DNA of 64,000 nt from an uncultured bacterium (GCA_963977015.1 CAXBMO010000008.1:160001-224000), one strand, 5' to 3'. Positions 1 to 10,111 are shown, numbered from the stretch's first letter. The notes: generated from the sequence alone by a model not told the origin. Translations and numbers: made by a program.

Positions 1-675
1 AGCCTCGTCCTGCTCGTCGTTGAGTTGCAGGGCGCTGCTTTCGAGAAATTCTTCATCCTGCTGAAACGGATCGCGTTGCTGAATTTGATCGCCGACTTCG
101 ACCCAACCCAATTCTTCGAGCCGTTTGACTGCGGAGGGGGCGCTGCCGTGCTCGGCGCTCAACGTCGACAAGAGCATTGGGGTTTCCGGATTGCGCATCA
201 GTGACTCGAGAATCGCGGCCTGGCGCCGGGCCCGTTTTTGCAACCCTTGGAGATCTTCCTCGGTCGGCTGCTTCTTGAGGAGAACCGCTTTCTGGGTCTT
301 GAAACCTCCCGAGCCGGTTCGCACAACTTCGGGAATCATGCCGCGGACGGCGGTTTCCAGCCGGCACGCGTAATACTCGCTCATCCACTCCGCCAAACGA
401 AGCAGAACGCTGGAAATCAGGGGCTTCGGGTGCAGCAGGTTGAGGACGTTCCGTAATTTGAAGCCTTCCTGACCGGCGATCGGCGCAACCTTGATAATCG
501 TTCCGTTGACCTTGCGGTTCCGCAGGGGAACGCCGACCCGGCATCCCGCCAGGGCGCGATCGCTCATCGCCTTGGGAATGGCATACCAAAGCTCAAGGTC
601 AGGTGCTTCATCGACGAGGACGAGGCACTTGGTCGTGGCTTGGTCGCTGATTCCGACGAGTTGCCCCTGCTGCAT
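1..675 (-). CDS. priA: Primosomal protein N' (PriA), N-terminal part; runs off the left edge
   Basis: Not in the ORF track (no stop in window). Manual translation gives MQQGQLVG...LELWYAIP...GCRVGVPLRNRKVNG...LLRLAEWMSEYYACRLETAVRGMIP...ALQLNDEQDEA, matching the PriA 3'-DNA-binding N-terminus leading into the helicase Q-motif. Start codon uncertain. Confidence 0.85.
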   Translation of the reverse strand, partial: MQQGQLVGISDQATTKCLVLVDEAPDLELWYAIPKAMSDRALAGCRVGVPLRNRKVNGTIIKVAPIAGQEGFKLRNVLNLLHPKPLISSVLLRLAEWMSEYYACRLETAVRGMIPEVVRTGSGGFKTQKAVLLKKQPTEEDLQGLQKRARRQAAILESLMRNPETPMLLSTLSAEHGSAPSAVKRLEELGWVEVGDQIQQRDPFQQDEEFLESSALQLNDEQDEA

Positions 676-792
676 CGGCGCAGGTTCATTTGCCGAGGAT
701 GTTGGTGGTTCGGTCAGGATACCACCTTGGACGGGTAAACGCGGGCTTTCAATCAGGGATTAGCCCTGCGAACGAATGCGCCGAACAGGCCG

Positions 793-1623
793 TCAGGCGA
801 CCAAACGCGGCTCGGGCAGCTTTTCCCCGCCGATTTCGAGTCCCCGAATCGCTCGGAGATCCTCGGCGCCTTGGCTGATCCGGAAATCCTCATAGTTGAT
901 CAGCTCAAATTCGCCCGGCTTTTTCTCAACGATCGCCGTCATGGATTCGACCCAGTCTCCGCTGTTGAGGTAGTGAACGTCCTCGATCATTTTGTTCGCC
1001 GCGGTGTGAATGTGGCCGCAAATAATGCCTTTGCAGTTCCGGCCTTTGGCAAACTGATGCAACTGATCCTCGTAACGATCGATAAAGCTCAAGGCGGATT
1101 TGACCCGGGCTTTGACGCGTTTGCTGAGTGAGTAATAGGTTTTGCCGCGCCAGGCACGCCAGCGATTGTAAAGGCGATTGATGCGGAGAAGCGTGTCGTA
1201 GCCGAACGAACCGAGAACGGCGATGGCCTTGCAACTGGTGGTTACGGAATCAAATCCGTCGCCGTGAACCACGAGATACTTCCCTTGCGGGGTCTCGTGA
1301 ATGTATTCCTGCTCCATCGTCAGTTTGCCGAAGGCAAGGGGAAGGAAGCGTTCGAGGACGTCGTCATGATTTCCGCGGAGGTAGATGACTTCCATGTCCT
1401 CTTTCTCCATTTTTTTGAGGACGGTGCGGACGAACTTGGTGTGGGAGTCGCGCCATTTTCCTCCGGCTTTGAGGGCCCACCCATCCACGATGTCTCCGTT
1501 CAAGACGAGGCGCTTGCAATGGTGCGCTTTGAGGAACTGGGTTGCTTCAACCGCTTTCGAGTCGCGGGTTCCGAGGTGGATGTCAGACAGGAAAAGAGTT
1601 TCGCAGTCGATCTTTTCTTTCAC
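793..1623 (-). CDS. Calcineurin-like metallophosphoesterase, LpxH/PlcP (phospholipase C) family
   Basis: Motifs SDIHLG, GDIVDGW, GNHD, HGD, CGHIH, NSGDW. Confidence 0.85.
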   Translation of the reverse strand: MKEKIDCETLFLSDIHLGTRDSKAVEATQFLKAHHCKRLVLNGDIVDGWALKAGGKWRDSHTKFVRTVLKKMEKEDMEVIYLRGNHDDVLERFLPLAFGKLTMEQEYIHETPQGKYLVVHGDGFDSVTTSCKAIAVLGSFGYDTLLRINRLYNRWRAWRGKTYYSLSKRVKARVKSALSFIDRYEDQLHQFAKGRNCKGIICGHIHTAANKMIEDVHYLNSGDWVESMTAIVEKKPGEFELINYEDFRISQGAEDLRAIRGLEIGGEKLPEPRLVA

Positions 1624-1628
1624 GGTGC

Positions 1629-2780
1629 TTAGTGGGTTAGGGTAGTGGTGGCTTGTTCTTCGGGTAGACTTGAATCCTCTCCAACCATCTCCATCAGGTT
1701 GGTCTCAAAACGCTTCGCCACTTTCTTCCAACGCACTTTGCGCGCACTGTTGCGGGCCTCTTCTCTCACTTCGGACAGTTTGGGGAATTGCGCGGCATGG
1801 ATTGCTTTTTCCACGAATGCCTCCTCATCCCCAAACGGTGCGGTAAAACCGTTTTCCTCATCAATAATGTGCTGCCGTGCGGCAACGTAGTGGTAGGCAA
1901 TCACGGCAAGACCGCTGGCCATCGCCTCCAGCGTGACGTTGCCGAAGGTTTCCGTCATGCTGGGAAATACGAACAGGTCTGCCGAGGCGTAGCATCGCCC
2001 CAATTCCTCGCCAAACTGGGGACCGGCGTAGACGAATTCCGGGTGCGTCGATTTCAGCTCTTCCAGTTTGGGTCCTTCTCCAACGAAGATGCCGCAAAAG
2101 TCCGGGTATCGTCGTTTCAACTCGGAAAACGTTCGCACGACGAGCGGCAGATTCTTCTCGGCGGCGATGCGGCCGACGAAGAGTCCGACGAGCGATCCTT
2201 CGGTGGCTCCCCATTGGTGGCGAAGAAATGGATCGCGCTTTTGCGGAGTGAATTTGTCGGTATCGACGCCTCGGGGAAGGAGTTCCAGGTTGCAGAACCC
2301 CTGACGCTCCAGTTCTTCGATCGTATCCTGGGTGGGAGCGAAGGTGCAGTCCGAGCGATTGTGAACGTGCCGAAGGTAGCTCATGGTTGCCCGTTCCAGG
2401 AGCGGGAGTTGGTAGTGGGCGACATACTGCTGGAAGTTGGTGTGGAAGCCGCTGGCGACGGGAATATCGAGCGCCCGAGCCGCGTTGATGGCGGAAGTGC
2501 CGAGCGGAGTCTCCGTGGCCACGTAAATCACGTCGGGCCGGTTGCGAAACCAGCGCGCCTGAAGAATCAGCCCCATGGGCAGACCGACCCGCACTTCGGG
2601 ATAGCCGGGAAGCGCCACCGAAGGGACCTGCATCCCCACTTCGTCGGAAGCGAGGCTGGAAGGCCGAATCACGTCAATGTCGTGCCCGCGTTGCCGGAGT
2701 TCCTCGACGAGGCGCCGCAAGGTGTTGGCCACCCCATTGAGTTGGGGGGCGTAGGTATCGGTAACGAACGTGATCTTCAT
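1629..2780 (-). CDS. Glycosyltransferase family 4 (Agt/PimB-like glycolipid synthase)
   Basis: TDTYAPQLNGV, FHTNF, RGVD, VGRIAAEKNL, FPSMTETFGNVTLEAMASG. Confidence 0.9.
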   Translation of the reverse strand: MKITFVTDTYAPQLNGVANTLRRLVEELRQRGHDIDVIRPSSLASDEVGMQVPSVALPGYPEVRVGLPMGLILQARWFRNRPDVIYVATETPLGTSAINAARALDIPVASGFHTNFQQYVAHYQLPLLERATMSYLRHVHNRSDCTFAPTQDTIEELERQGFCNLELLPRGVDTDKFTPQKRDPFLRHQWGATEGSLVGLFVGRIAAEKNLPLVVRTFSELKRRYPDFCGIFVGEGPKLEELKSTHPEFVYAGPQFGEELGRCYASADLFVFPSMTETFGNVTLEAMASGLAVIAYHYVAARQHIIDEENGFTAPFGDEEAFVEKAIHAAQFPKLSEVREEARNSARKVRWKKVAKRFETNLMEMVGEDSSLPEEQATTTLTH

Positions 2781-2795
2781 AAACCTCTGATTCGG

Positions 2796-2835
2796 GGATC
2801 ATAAAACTGTTTAAAGACGCCTAACAATTTGCCAT
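2796..2835 (+). promoter_or_regulatory. Degenerate Pho-box-like array in a divergent promoter region
   Basis: Heptamers ggatcat / ctgttta / cgcctaa / ttgccat at 11-nt spacing (consensus CTGTCAT-N4); weak matches. Confidence 0.3.
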
Positions 2836-2929
2836 TCGTTCCTTTTTTGTCACATGCCGCCGGATCGTTGGCCAATGTGACGAGATCGTCACGTTTTGGA
2901 GAAAAGCGAAGCTTCGTGTATGTGTAGTA

Positions 2930-4669
2930 TTGAGCTTGTCCAACCCCAATCCACTTTATCTGATCGATGCCATCGGCCCGTTTTTTCGGGGATACGAACG
3001 TGTTCGGATCAACTGGTCGAAAATTCCCTGGCGACGCTTTCGCAAGCTCAGTCCTGAGGATCGGGCCGAGTTGTTCGGCCAGGTTGAGGAGGACATGGAA
3101 CGTTTTACGCGACGGGCTGCGGAGACCGGGTTCAATGCGGTGAGTTTGGATGACGTTCCTCATTTGGCGCTCCACGAGCATTACGAGGGCGAAACCAACG
3201 ACCTGATTCACGCCTACCGCGAAGCGTTTCGCGCGATCTTTGAGATCTGCAATCGGGCTGGAATGGAAGTTTTCCTGACGATGGACGTGATGTCCTGGGC
3301 GCCGGGTTTGCGGGAGAAGATTGGCTCAGGCGAACGCGCGACGAACGCGTTCATCGCGGACCTGCTGGAACGGTTTTTCGAAGATTTTCCGGAAGTGGCG
3401 GGCGTGATTATTCGGATTGGGGAATCCGATGGCCTCGACGTGAAGGACGATTTTCACAGCGACCTGCATCTCAAGAATCCGGCCATGGTGAATCGATTTC
3501 TTCGCCACGTGTTACCGGTTTTTGAGAAGCACAACCGTCGTTGCGTATTTCGAACCTGGACCGTTGGGGCGCACCATGTGGGCGATCTGATTTGGCGGAA
3601 CAGTACCTTGGAACGCTCGATCGTCGGGATCGAAAGCGACGCGCTGATTCTGTCGATGAAATACGGGGAATCCGACTTCTTTCGCTATCTCAGCCTCAAT
3701 CGCAATTTCTACGTGACCAGGTTGCCGAAGATTGTGGAACTCCAGACCCGGCGAGAATACGAGGGAGCCGGTGAATATCCCAGCTTTGTGGGGTGGGATT
3801 ATGAAAGCATTGCGGATGATTTGAAAGAGGCCCCCAACGTCATTGGAATCATGGCGTGGTGTCAGACGGGCGGTTGGCACCCGTTCCGGCGTCTAACCTG
3901 GCTGGAAAGCAGCTCAATCTGGACGGAGATCGATACCCACGTCACCCTGCGGCTCTTCAAACATGATGAATCCGTCGAGACCGCGATTCAGACGTTTCCC
4001 GGTTGTGAGCCCGGAACCCGATCCGCCTGGGTTGAACTGTTGCGACTGTCTCACGAAGTGGTGACCGAACTGCTTTACGTTCCGGAATTCGCCCGGCAGT
4101 CGCTCTATTTTCGCCGGGTGCGAATTCCGCCACTGATTGGGGTCTATTGGCACAACATTTTTGTGAGTCATTCCATCAAGAAGGTGCTGAAGCATTTTGT
4201 GGATGACGGTGAAGCCGCGATTCGTTCCGGTCACACCTGTCTTCGCAAGATCGACAGGATGCGTGAGCTTGCCGAGGAATGTGGTCTGCCCGTCGAGGAC
4301 ATTGACTACATGAAACACACCTTCGGTCTTTTGGCTTTGGCGCGGGAATACTTCTTCAGGCCATTTGATGAGGAGATTGTCGACCGCCTCAAGAAAGCGA
4401 AGAAGGCCTACAAAAAGCGGTATCCCCGGAAGACGAGATATCGCTACGCCGTCAAACTCGACTTCAAACCGTTCCAGATCAGCCGCAGGTCGCTGAACTG
4501 GTTCCTCAACTACTGCCTGCGGGAGCAACACACCTACCGCATCAGCGATCGGCTCTTCTTCCTGCGCTTTCTCTCGCTAATCTATGGCTTGGTCAAGCGT
4601 GCCCGTCCCAAGATGATCCCGAAATTCGCGAGAAAGAGCGCCATGGGGATCGATGCGATTTTCCGATAA
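2930..4669 (+). CDS. Hypothetical glycoside hydrolase-like protein (GH67 alpha-glucuronidase-like catalytic barrel)
   Basis: 579-aa ORF with TTG start; GVIIRIGESDG, FRTW, SMKYGESDF, ELQTRREYEG recall GH67 motifs (GFLVKANSEG, KNGPxDF, ExQITQEYxG); no signal peptide. Confidence 0.5.
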   Translation: MSLSNPNPLYLIDAIGPFFRGYERVRINWSKIPWRRFRKLSPEDRAELFGQVEEDMERFTRRAAETGFNAVSLDDVPHLALHEHYEGETNDLIHAYREAFRAIFEICNRAGMEVFLTMDVMSWAPGLREKIGSGERATNAFIADLLERFFEDFPEVAGVIIRIGESDGLDVKDDFHSDLHLKNPAMVNRFLRHVLPVFEKHNRRCVFRTWTVGAHHVGDLIWRNSTLERSIVGIESDALILSMKYGESDFFRYLSLNRNFYVTRLPKIVELQTRREYEGAGEYPSFVGWDYESIADDLKEAPNVIGIMAWCQTGGWHPFRRLTWLESSSIWTEIDTHVTLRLFKHDESVETAIQTFPGCEPGTRSAWVELLRLSHEVVTELLYVPEFARQSLYFRRVRIPPLIGVYWHNIFVSHSIKKVLKHFVDDGEAAIRSGHTCLRKIDRMRELAEECGLPVEDIDYMKHTFGLLALAREYFFRPFDEEIVDRLKKAKKAYKKRYPRKTRYRYAVKLDFKPFQISRRSLNWFLNYCLREQHTYRISDRLFFLRFLSLIYGLVKRARPKMIPKFARKSAMGIDAIFR

Positions 4670-4678
4670 CGAGACTCC

Positions 4679-6295
4679 TCAGAGTCGGGCGATCGAATAG
4701 TGCGGATCGTCTTCGGCGACCTCGATTTCGATCAATGGCCCGGCTGTTTTGAGCAGTTTCTGGCATTCCGGGCTAAGATGGCGCAGCCGAACTCTCTTGC
4801 CGGCCTTTCTGTAGCGTTCGGTGAGCGTGTTGAGCGCCTCCATGCTCGAGTAGTCGCAAACCCTCGCCTCTTTGAAGTCGATAATGACTTCGTCCGGATC
4901 CTTTGCCGGGGTCAGCCGCTCCGAGAATTCTCGAACCGAGCCGAAAAAGAGCAATCCCTGGAGGTTGTAGACCCGGGTTCCGTCGTCGAGATCCTGGGGT
5001 CCCAGGCGAACGTGCTTTGCGCTTTCCCAGGCAAAAACCAGCGCGGAAACAATCACCCCGGCAAAAACGGCGAGGGCCAGATTGTGGAAAAACACGGTAA
5101 TGAGGGTGACCGTAAGAATCACGATAATCTCAGAAACGGGAACTCGGCCCACCGTTTGGAAGGTCGCCCACTCAAAGGTGCCGATCACGACCATGAACAT
5201 GACGCCGACGAGCGCTGCGATGGGGATCTGCCCGATGACGGACCCGCCCACCATGATGAAAAAGGCGAGGGCAACCGCGGCGACGATTCCTGAGGTTCGC
5301 CCGCGGCCTCCCGATTTGATGTTGATCAGGCTCTGCCCGATCATCGCACAACCGCCCATTCCGCCGAAGAGGCCGGACAGGAAATTCGCTCCACCCTGGG
5401 CAATGCATTCGCGGTTTCCGCGCCCACGGGTTTCGGTCAGGTCATCGATGAGCTGCAACGTCATGAGCGATTCAATGATTCCAACCATTGCGACGGTCAG
5501 GGCAACGGTCCCAATCATCTTGATGTTCTCCCAGGTCCAATCAATCCCGGAAGGGAAGGCGGGGAGGGGAAACGCGCCGCTGAGGACACCGCTTCCGGTT
5601 CCCTCAAACAACACGTCGGAAACGGTCTTCGATCCGACCAGGAAATAGCTGAGCAGGCCAACCGAAACAATGGCGACCAGGGTTGAGGGAACGGCCTTGG
5701 TCAATCGCGGGAAAAACTGGATGATCAACATCGTCAGGATCACCAGGAGTCCCATGCTGAAGAGCTGGTTTCCCGGAAGCCATGCGCCGTCGGGCGTTTT
5801 GAACGAGCCAAACTGGGCAAACAGAATCACGATCGCGAGGCCGTTGACGAATCCCATCATCACCGGATGCGGCACCAGGCGGATCAGGCGACCGAGGCGC
5901 AGGATACCGAAGGTGACCTGGATCAGTCCGGCAAGCATGATCGTCGCGAAGAGAAATTGGAGGCCGAGACCTTCGCCCTGGGCGTCACCGTATTGCACCA
6001 CTTTCCCGACAACGACAGCAATGGCGCCGGTTGCGCCGGAGATCATGCCGGGGCGTCCTCCGCAAGACGAGGTGATGAACCCCATGAACACCGCGGCCCA
6101 GAGCCCGACCAGCGGATCCACGCCTGCCGCAAACGAAAACGCGATGGCTTCAGGAACCAGGGCGAGGGCGACCGTCAGGCCCGAGAGAATATCGTCTTTC
6201 CAGTTTCCCCGCTTTTTGGCGGCCAAGGCAAAGCTGACTCCGGAGGCGACGCCGCGTTTCCAGTTGTCGCGATGTTTGTTGAAGAAATTGAGCAT
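4679..6295 (-). CDS. SulP family inorganic anion transporter with STAS domain
   Basis: DILSGLTVALALVPEAIAF, GGRPGMISGATGA, GGMGGCAMIGQS; C-terminal STAS (GLLFFGS...IIDF). Confidence 0.95.
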   Translation of the reverse strand: MLNFFNKHRDNWKRGVASGVSFALAAKKRGNWKDDILSGLTVALALVPEAIAFSFAAGVDPLVGLWAAVFMGFITSSCGGRPGMISGATGAIAVVVGKVVQYGDAQGEGLGLQFLFATIMLAGLIQVTFGILRLGRLIRLVPHPVMMGFVNGLAIVILFAQFGSFKTPDGAWLPGNQLFSMGLLVILTMLIIQFFPRLTKAVPSTLVAIVSVGLLSYFLVGSKTVSDVLFEGTGSGVLSGAFPLPAFPSGIDWTWENIKMIGTVALTVAMVGIIESLMTLQLIDDLTETRGRGNRECIAQGGANFLSGLFGGMGGCAMIGQSLINIKSGGRGRTSGIVAAVALAFFIMVGGSVIGQIPIAALVGVMFMVVIGTFEWATFQTVGRVPVSEIIVILTVTLITVFFHNLALAVFAGVIVSALVFAWESAKHVRLGPQDLDDGTRVYNLQGLLFFGSVREFSERLTPAKDPDEVIIDFKEARVCDYSSMEALNTLTERYRKAGKRVRLRHLSPECQKLLKTAGPLIEIEVAEDDPHYSIARL

Positions 6296-6574
6296 AATGG
6301 AGGATTCGAGGACGTGGAGTCTCAGAATCGGAAGAACAGAAACGCGCGATCAAGCGGCAGGATCTGATTCGTGCAAACGCTACAGCGTCTGGTTCCGATG
6401 GCTTGGCTTTGAGGGGCGCCAAACCAAACGGCAGAGAAATGGTGGAAGGCCGGGTTGGGAGACACAATTCATCGTCTCGCGGTCAAAAAGAAGCAGCCTC
6501 TTCGGGTGGGGAGCCTTCGAACCCCGATTGAAAAGCAACTGCGAACTCGAAAAGGATCGAGTCGGAGCGAAAAT

Positions 6575-6826
6575 CTAAGCAGCAGCTTCGTCAACATTGA
6601 CGCGACGACCATTCTGATCGAAGCGAACGACGCCGTCGGTAAGCGCGAAGATCGTGTAGTCTTTTCCGAGACCCACGTTCTTTCCTGGATGCCACTTGGT
6701 TCCGCACTGGCGGAGAATGATGTTGCCAGCAATGACTTGCTCACCACCGAATTTTTTTACTCCGCGGCGTTTGCTGTTGCTGTCGCGTCCGTTCTTGACG
6801 CTACCTTGACCTTTTTTGTGTGCCAT
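6575..6826 (-). CDS. rpmA: 50S ribosomal protein L27
   Basis: [24 protein letters not shown]. Confidence 0.98.
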   Translation of the reverse strand: MAHKKGQGSVKNGRDSNSKRRGVKKFGGEQVIAGNIILRQCGTKWHPGKNVGLGKDYTIFALTDGVVRFDQNGRRVNVDEAAA

Positions 6827-6846
6827 GAGTCCGGAAAGTTAAACGA

Positions 6847-7155
6847 TTAGATGCTTTTGATGGTGAGGCGAGTCAGGTGCCGACGATGGCCCTTGGTTTT
6901 GTGGTAACCTTTGCGCCGCTTGTATTTGAAAGCGATGACCTTCTTTGCGCGAAATTGTTCGGTAACTTCAGCGGTTACCTTGGCTCCATCGACAAACGGG
7001 CTGCCGAGAGTGGCTGCATCTCCGTTGCTAACCATCAGGACTTCGTCAAAAGTAACGGTGTCGCCGACTTGGGCGTCCAGTTTCTCCACATCAAGCCGGT
7101 CTCCTTCTTTTACCCGGTATTGCTTGCCGCCAGTTTTGATGATCGCGTAGGACAT
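6847..7155 (-). CDS. rplU: 50S ribosomal protein L21
   Basis: MSYAIIKTGGKQYRV...KYKRRKGYHKTKGHR; start corrected to the ATG at 7155. Confidence 0.97.
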   Translation of the reverse strand: MSYAIIKTGGKQYRVKEGDRLDVEKLDAQVGDTVTFDEVLMVSNGDAATLGSPFVDGAKVTAEVTEQFRAKKVIAFKYKRRKGYHKTKGHRRHLTRLTIKSI

Positions 7156-7254
7156 GATGGTTCGTCTAGGTTCGCCCTCCATTCTAGAGGGGCGCGCAAA
7201 TTGTCACACGTTGGGGAAAATTCAAACCTGAATTTTCAAATTTAGAGCGGAAAC

Positions 7255-8325
7255 TTAGCGCTTCCGAAACAATCCCCAGCGATTGGCTCCCGCTTCCGAG
7301 TTGGAAGTGCTTTCCTCGGCGGGTTCGTCTTCTCTCTTTTTCCCGGTCGCTTCGTTGCGTTCTTTCCCTTTTTTGTAGCCAAGAACGCCGTGTTTTTCGA
7401 GGTTGGCGATCAGGCTTTTCATGTCGTTTTTGAGTTCTTCATCCGAAATGAGGGCGGCGATCAAGCCGTCGCCTTCGGAGATGTCCTCAATGGCCTTGTT
7501 GGCGTTTTTGACCGTGGTGCGGAGATCCGAAATCGTTGGTCCCAGTTCTTCAAAAGCCGGTTCCAACTCTTCGATCGCTTTGTCCAACTTTGCGATCATG
7601 ACGGTTGCTTCTTTGAAGGGTTCGGCGGCAGTTTCGACCGTTTTCTTACTTTCATCGATCAAAGGGGCCAACTTCCCACTGGCAAGCGCCAGGTTGTCAG
7701 TCGTTTCGCTCAATTTCTCGATGGTAGAGTTGAAGTTGCCGACATTTTGCTGGCTCATGATCTTCTGATCGAACTTTTCCGAAACACTGGTCAGGTTCTC
7801 CACCACGACGCGGGTCTCGCGGACGGCTGAATCCAACTCACTCAGCACCATTGACATTTGATCACTCAATTCGGTGGCTCGCTCCGAAAGGTCGGCAACC
7901 AAATCGGATCCTTCCCCGCTCACGGTTGATCCAGGCTCGATGTAGGCGCCGGTCGTTTTCCTGGGGGGGATGATTTTGATGTAGCTGTCTCCCATCAAAC
8001 CACTGGTGGCAGAGGTGAAATCCGAGTTGGCCGGAATGCGGTATTCCTCGTAAATCTCAAGATTCAGCTCAATTCCGCGGTAGCTCTCCAGAAAATTGCG
8101 GGATTTGACCTTCCCGATCGTGACTCCTGCGAGTCGAACTTGAGCTCCGTCGATCACTCCGGTGGCGTCGGGGAGAACGACTTTGAGGCCATATTTGGGC
8201 CGGAAACTGTCCGTCACCGAACCAAACTGCCAGATCATGGTGCCCATGATTGCAATTCCGACCACGATGAAGAGGCCGACGTAGAACTCGGTTTTCTCGG
8301 TGCGAATGACGCTTTCGTCTGACAT
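7255..8325 (-). CDS. mlaD: MlaD/MCE family substrate-binding protein
   Basis: N-terminal TM, MCE motif DATGVIDGAQVRLAGVTIGKV, SGLMGDSYI, long helical C-terminus; in operon with mlaE/F. Confidence 0.9.
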   Translation of the reverse strand: MSDESVIRTEKTEFYVGLFIVVGIAIMGTMIWQFGSVTDSFRPKYGLKVVLPDATGVIDGAQVRLAGVTIGKVKSRNFLESYRGIELNLEIYEEYRIPANSDFTSATSGLMGDSYIKIIPPRKTTGAYIEPGSTVSGEGSDLVADLSERATELSDQMSMVLSELDSAVRETRVVVENLTSVSEKFDQKIMSQQNVGNFNSTIEKLSETTDNLALASGKLAPLIDESKKTVETAAEPFKEATVMIAKLDKAIEELEPAFEELGPTISDLRTTVKNANKAIEDISEGDGLIAALISDEELKNDMKSLIANLEKHGVLGYKKGKERNEATGKKREDEPAEESTSNSEAGANRWGLFRKR

Positions 8326-8354
8326 GGGTCTCGGTGAAACGTGGTAGGTTCAAT

Positions 8355-9158
8355 TTAAAGTGCCGCAGAATTCCCATCGGGTCGAGACCGACCTTCAATG
8401 AAATCTTGGACGATGGGATCCTTGCTCGCCTTGATGTCGCTGGGCTTTCCAAGGAAATAGACCCGACCTTCGCGGGCGAAGGCAATCCGGTCGCCGACGT
8501 GGTAGGCACTCTTCATATCGTGGGTTACCACCAGGCTGGTCACCTTGTAGCGCGACTGCATCTCACGGATCAGAATGTTGATTTGGTCGGAAACGACAGG
8601 GTCGAGACCGGACGTGGGCTCATCGTAGAGGATGCATTCCGGATGGGTAACGATGGCCCGCGCCAGAGAGACGCGTTTCCGCATTCCGCCACTCAAATTG
8701 TTCGGCATCTTGGCGAGATGGGCTTCCAGATTCACCACGGAGAGGGCTTCGCGCACTCGTTCGAAGATTTCTTTCCGATCGCGAAGCCCCGCTTCAAACA
8801 AGGGAAAGGCGACGTTTTCGGCAACGTTGAAGCTATCGAACAGCGCGCCATCCTGAAACAGGATCCCGATTTTTCGCCGAATCGGCCCCAATTTCCGCTC
8901 CGGCAAGCCATTGACCTCGGTTCCATCGACGACAACGCGCCCGCGATCCGGCTGCAGAAGTCCCATGATGTGTTTGAGGGTGACGCTTTTTCCCGTTCCA
9001 CTGCCCCCGATGATGACCATGGATTCGCCGCGTTGGACTTCCAGGTTCATTCCCCGCAAGACCTCCTGCGTCCCGAAAGCCTTGTGAACGTCCTCAATCT
9101 TGATGAAGGGATCGTCGTTTTTGCCAATGGAAGGCGACTTTGGGGCGGGTTTGCTCAC
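8355..9158 (-). CDS. mlaF: ABC transporter ATP-binding protein MlaF
   Basis: Walker A GGSGTGKS, LSGGMRKR, YDEPTSGLDP; likely GTG start at 9158 overlapping the mlaE stop. Confidence 0.92.
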   Translation of the reverse strand: MSKPAPKSPSIGKNDDPFIKIEDVHKAFGTQEVLRGMNLEVQRGESMVIIGGSGTGKSVTLKHIMGLLQPDRGRVVVDGTEVNGLPERKLGPIRRKIGILFQDGALFDSFNVAENVAFPLFEAGLRDRKEIFERVREALSVVNLEAHLAKMPNNLSGGMRKRVSLARAIVTHPECILYDEPTSGLDPVVSDQINILIREMQSRYKVTSLVVTHDMKSAYHVGDRIAFAREGRVYFLGKPSDIKASKDPIVQDFIEGRSRPDGNSAAL

Positions 9159-9949
9159 GCGACACGAATGGGGAAAAAGTAGTTGAGGAGGACGCTGAGA
9201 AAGAAATTCGCGATCAAAATCATGAGGGAGGACGTGACGACGGCGGAGGTTGTGTTCTTTCCGACATCGACGGCTCCGCTGCGAACGGACAGTCCGTATT
9301 GGCAACTGACGAGGACAATGATGATCGCGAAAAAGAAGCCTTTGATCATGCCGATCCCGATGTCTTCCGGCGCCGTGAAGGTGCGGACGTGGTTCATGTA
9401 CCAGGCGCCCGGCACGCCGAAACCCTTCACAGTCACGAGATAGGACGCGAGAATGCCGAATCCGATCGATTCGGCAATCAAGAGGGGAATGGAGATGATC
9501 ATCCCGACGAAACGCGGAAAAACCAGGTAATCGACCGGGTGGACGCCGAGCGACCTGAGGGCATCGATCTGCTCGGTCACCTTCATCGTGCCGATTTCTG
9601 CCGCCATTGCGGCCCCGACCCGTCCGGTAACCATCAATCCGGTCAAAACCGGCCCCAGTTCCCGGCAAAGCGCGATGGAGACGACCGATCCGACCGCCGT
9701 TTCCAGGCCAACGGTGCTGAACGTGTAATAACTCTGCGCCGCAAAAACCGCGCCGGTAAACGCTCCGGTCACGATGACGACGAACTGAGAACCAAACCCG
9801 ATGCTGACGAGTTGCTGACCGATCAGGTTGGGGCGGATTTTCCCGACGACCGGCGATTTTACCGTCTCAACCCCCAGCAGGCCCACTTGGCCGGCATACC
9901 GAGACGCATTGACGACAATGCGACCCAAAAGGCTGAAAATGTTGGTCAT
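9155..9949 (-). CDS. mlaE: ABC transporter permease MlaE
   Basis: RELGPVLTGLMVTGRVGAAMAAEIGTMKVTEQIDALRSLG; start at ATG 9949. Confidence 0.95.
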   Translation of the reverse strand: MTNIFSLLGRIVVNASRYAGQVGLLGVETVKSPVVGKIRPNLIGQQLVSIGFGSQFVVIVTGAFTGAVFAAQSYYTFSTVGLETAVGSVVSIALCRELGPVLTGLMVTGRVGAAMAAEIGTMKVTEQIDALRSLGVHPVDYLVFPRFVGMIISIPLLIAESIGFGILASYLVTVKGFGVPGAWYMNHVRTFTAPEDIGIGMIKGFFFAIIIVLVSCQYGLSVRSGAVDVGKNTTSAVVTSSLMILIANFFLSVLLNYFFPIRVA

Positions 9950-10111
9950 AGGGGATTCTCGAACGTGGGATTCTCCGTGGCGCGACCATAACTTACCTGC
10001 GTGGTAAGGCAATTTTTGGATGAGACGGTCCCGCGCCGTCGTTCATTCGGAGGGTTCACATTCACGATGCGGCAGATCATTGAGGAGATTCTGGGAAAGG
10101 CTCCCGCAACT

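Noticed and set aside
53-589. 178-aa minus-strand ORF from the track
   Set aside because: Alternate frame of the true priA reading frame
8355-9668. 437-aa ORF suggesting an N-terminally extended MlaF
   Set aside because: The extension overlaps mlaE in another frame and is junk-like; a GTG at 9158 coupled to the mlaE stop gives a normal MlaF
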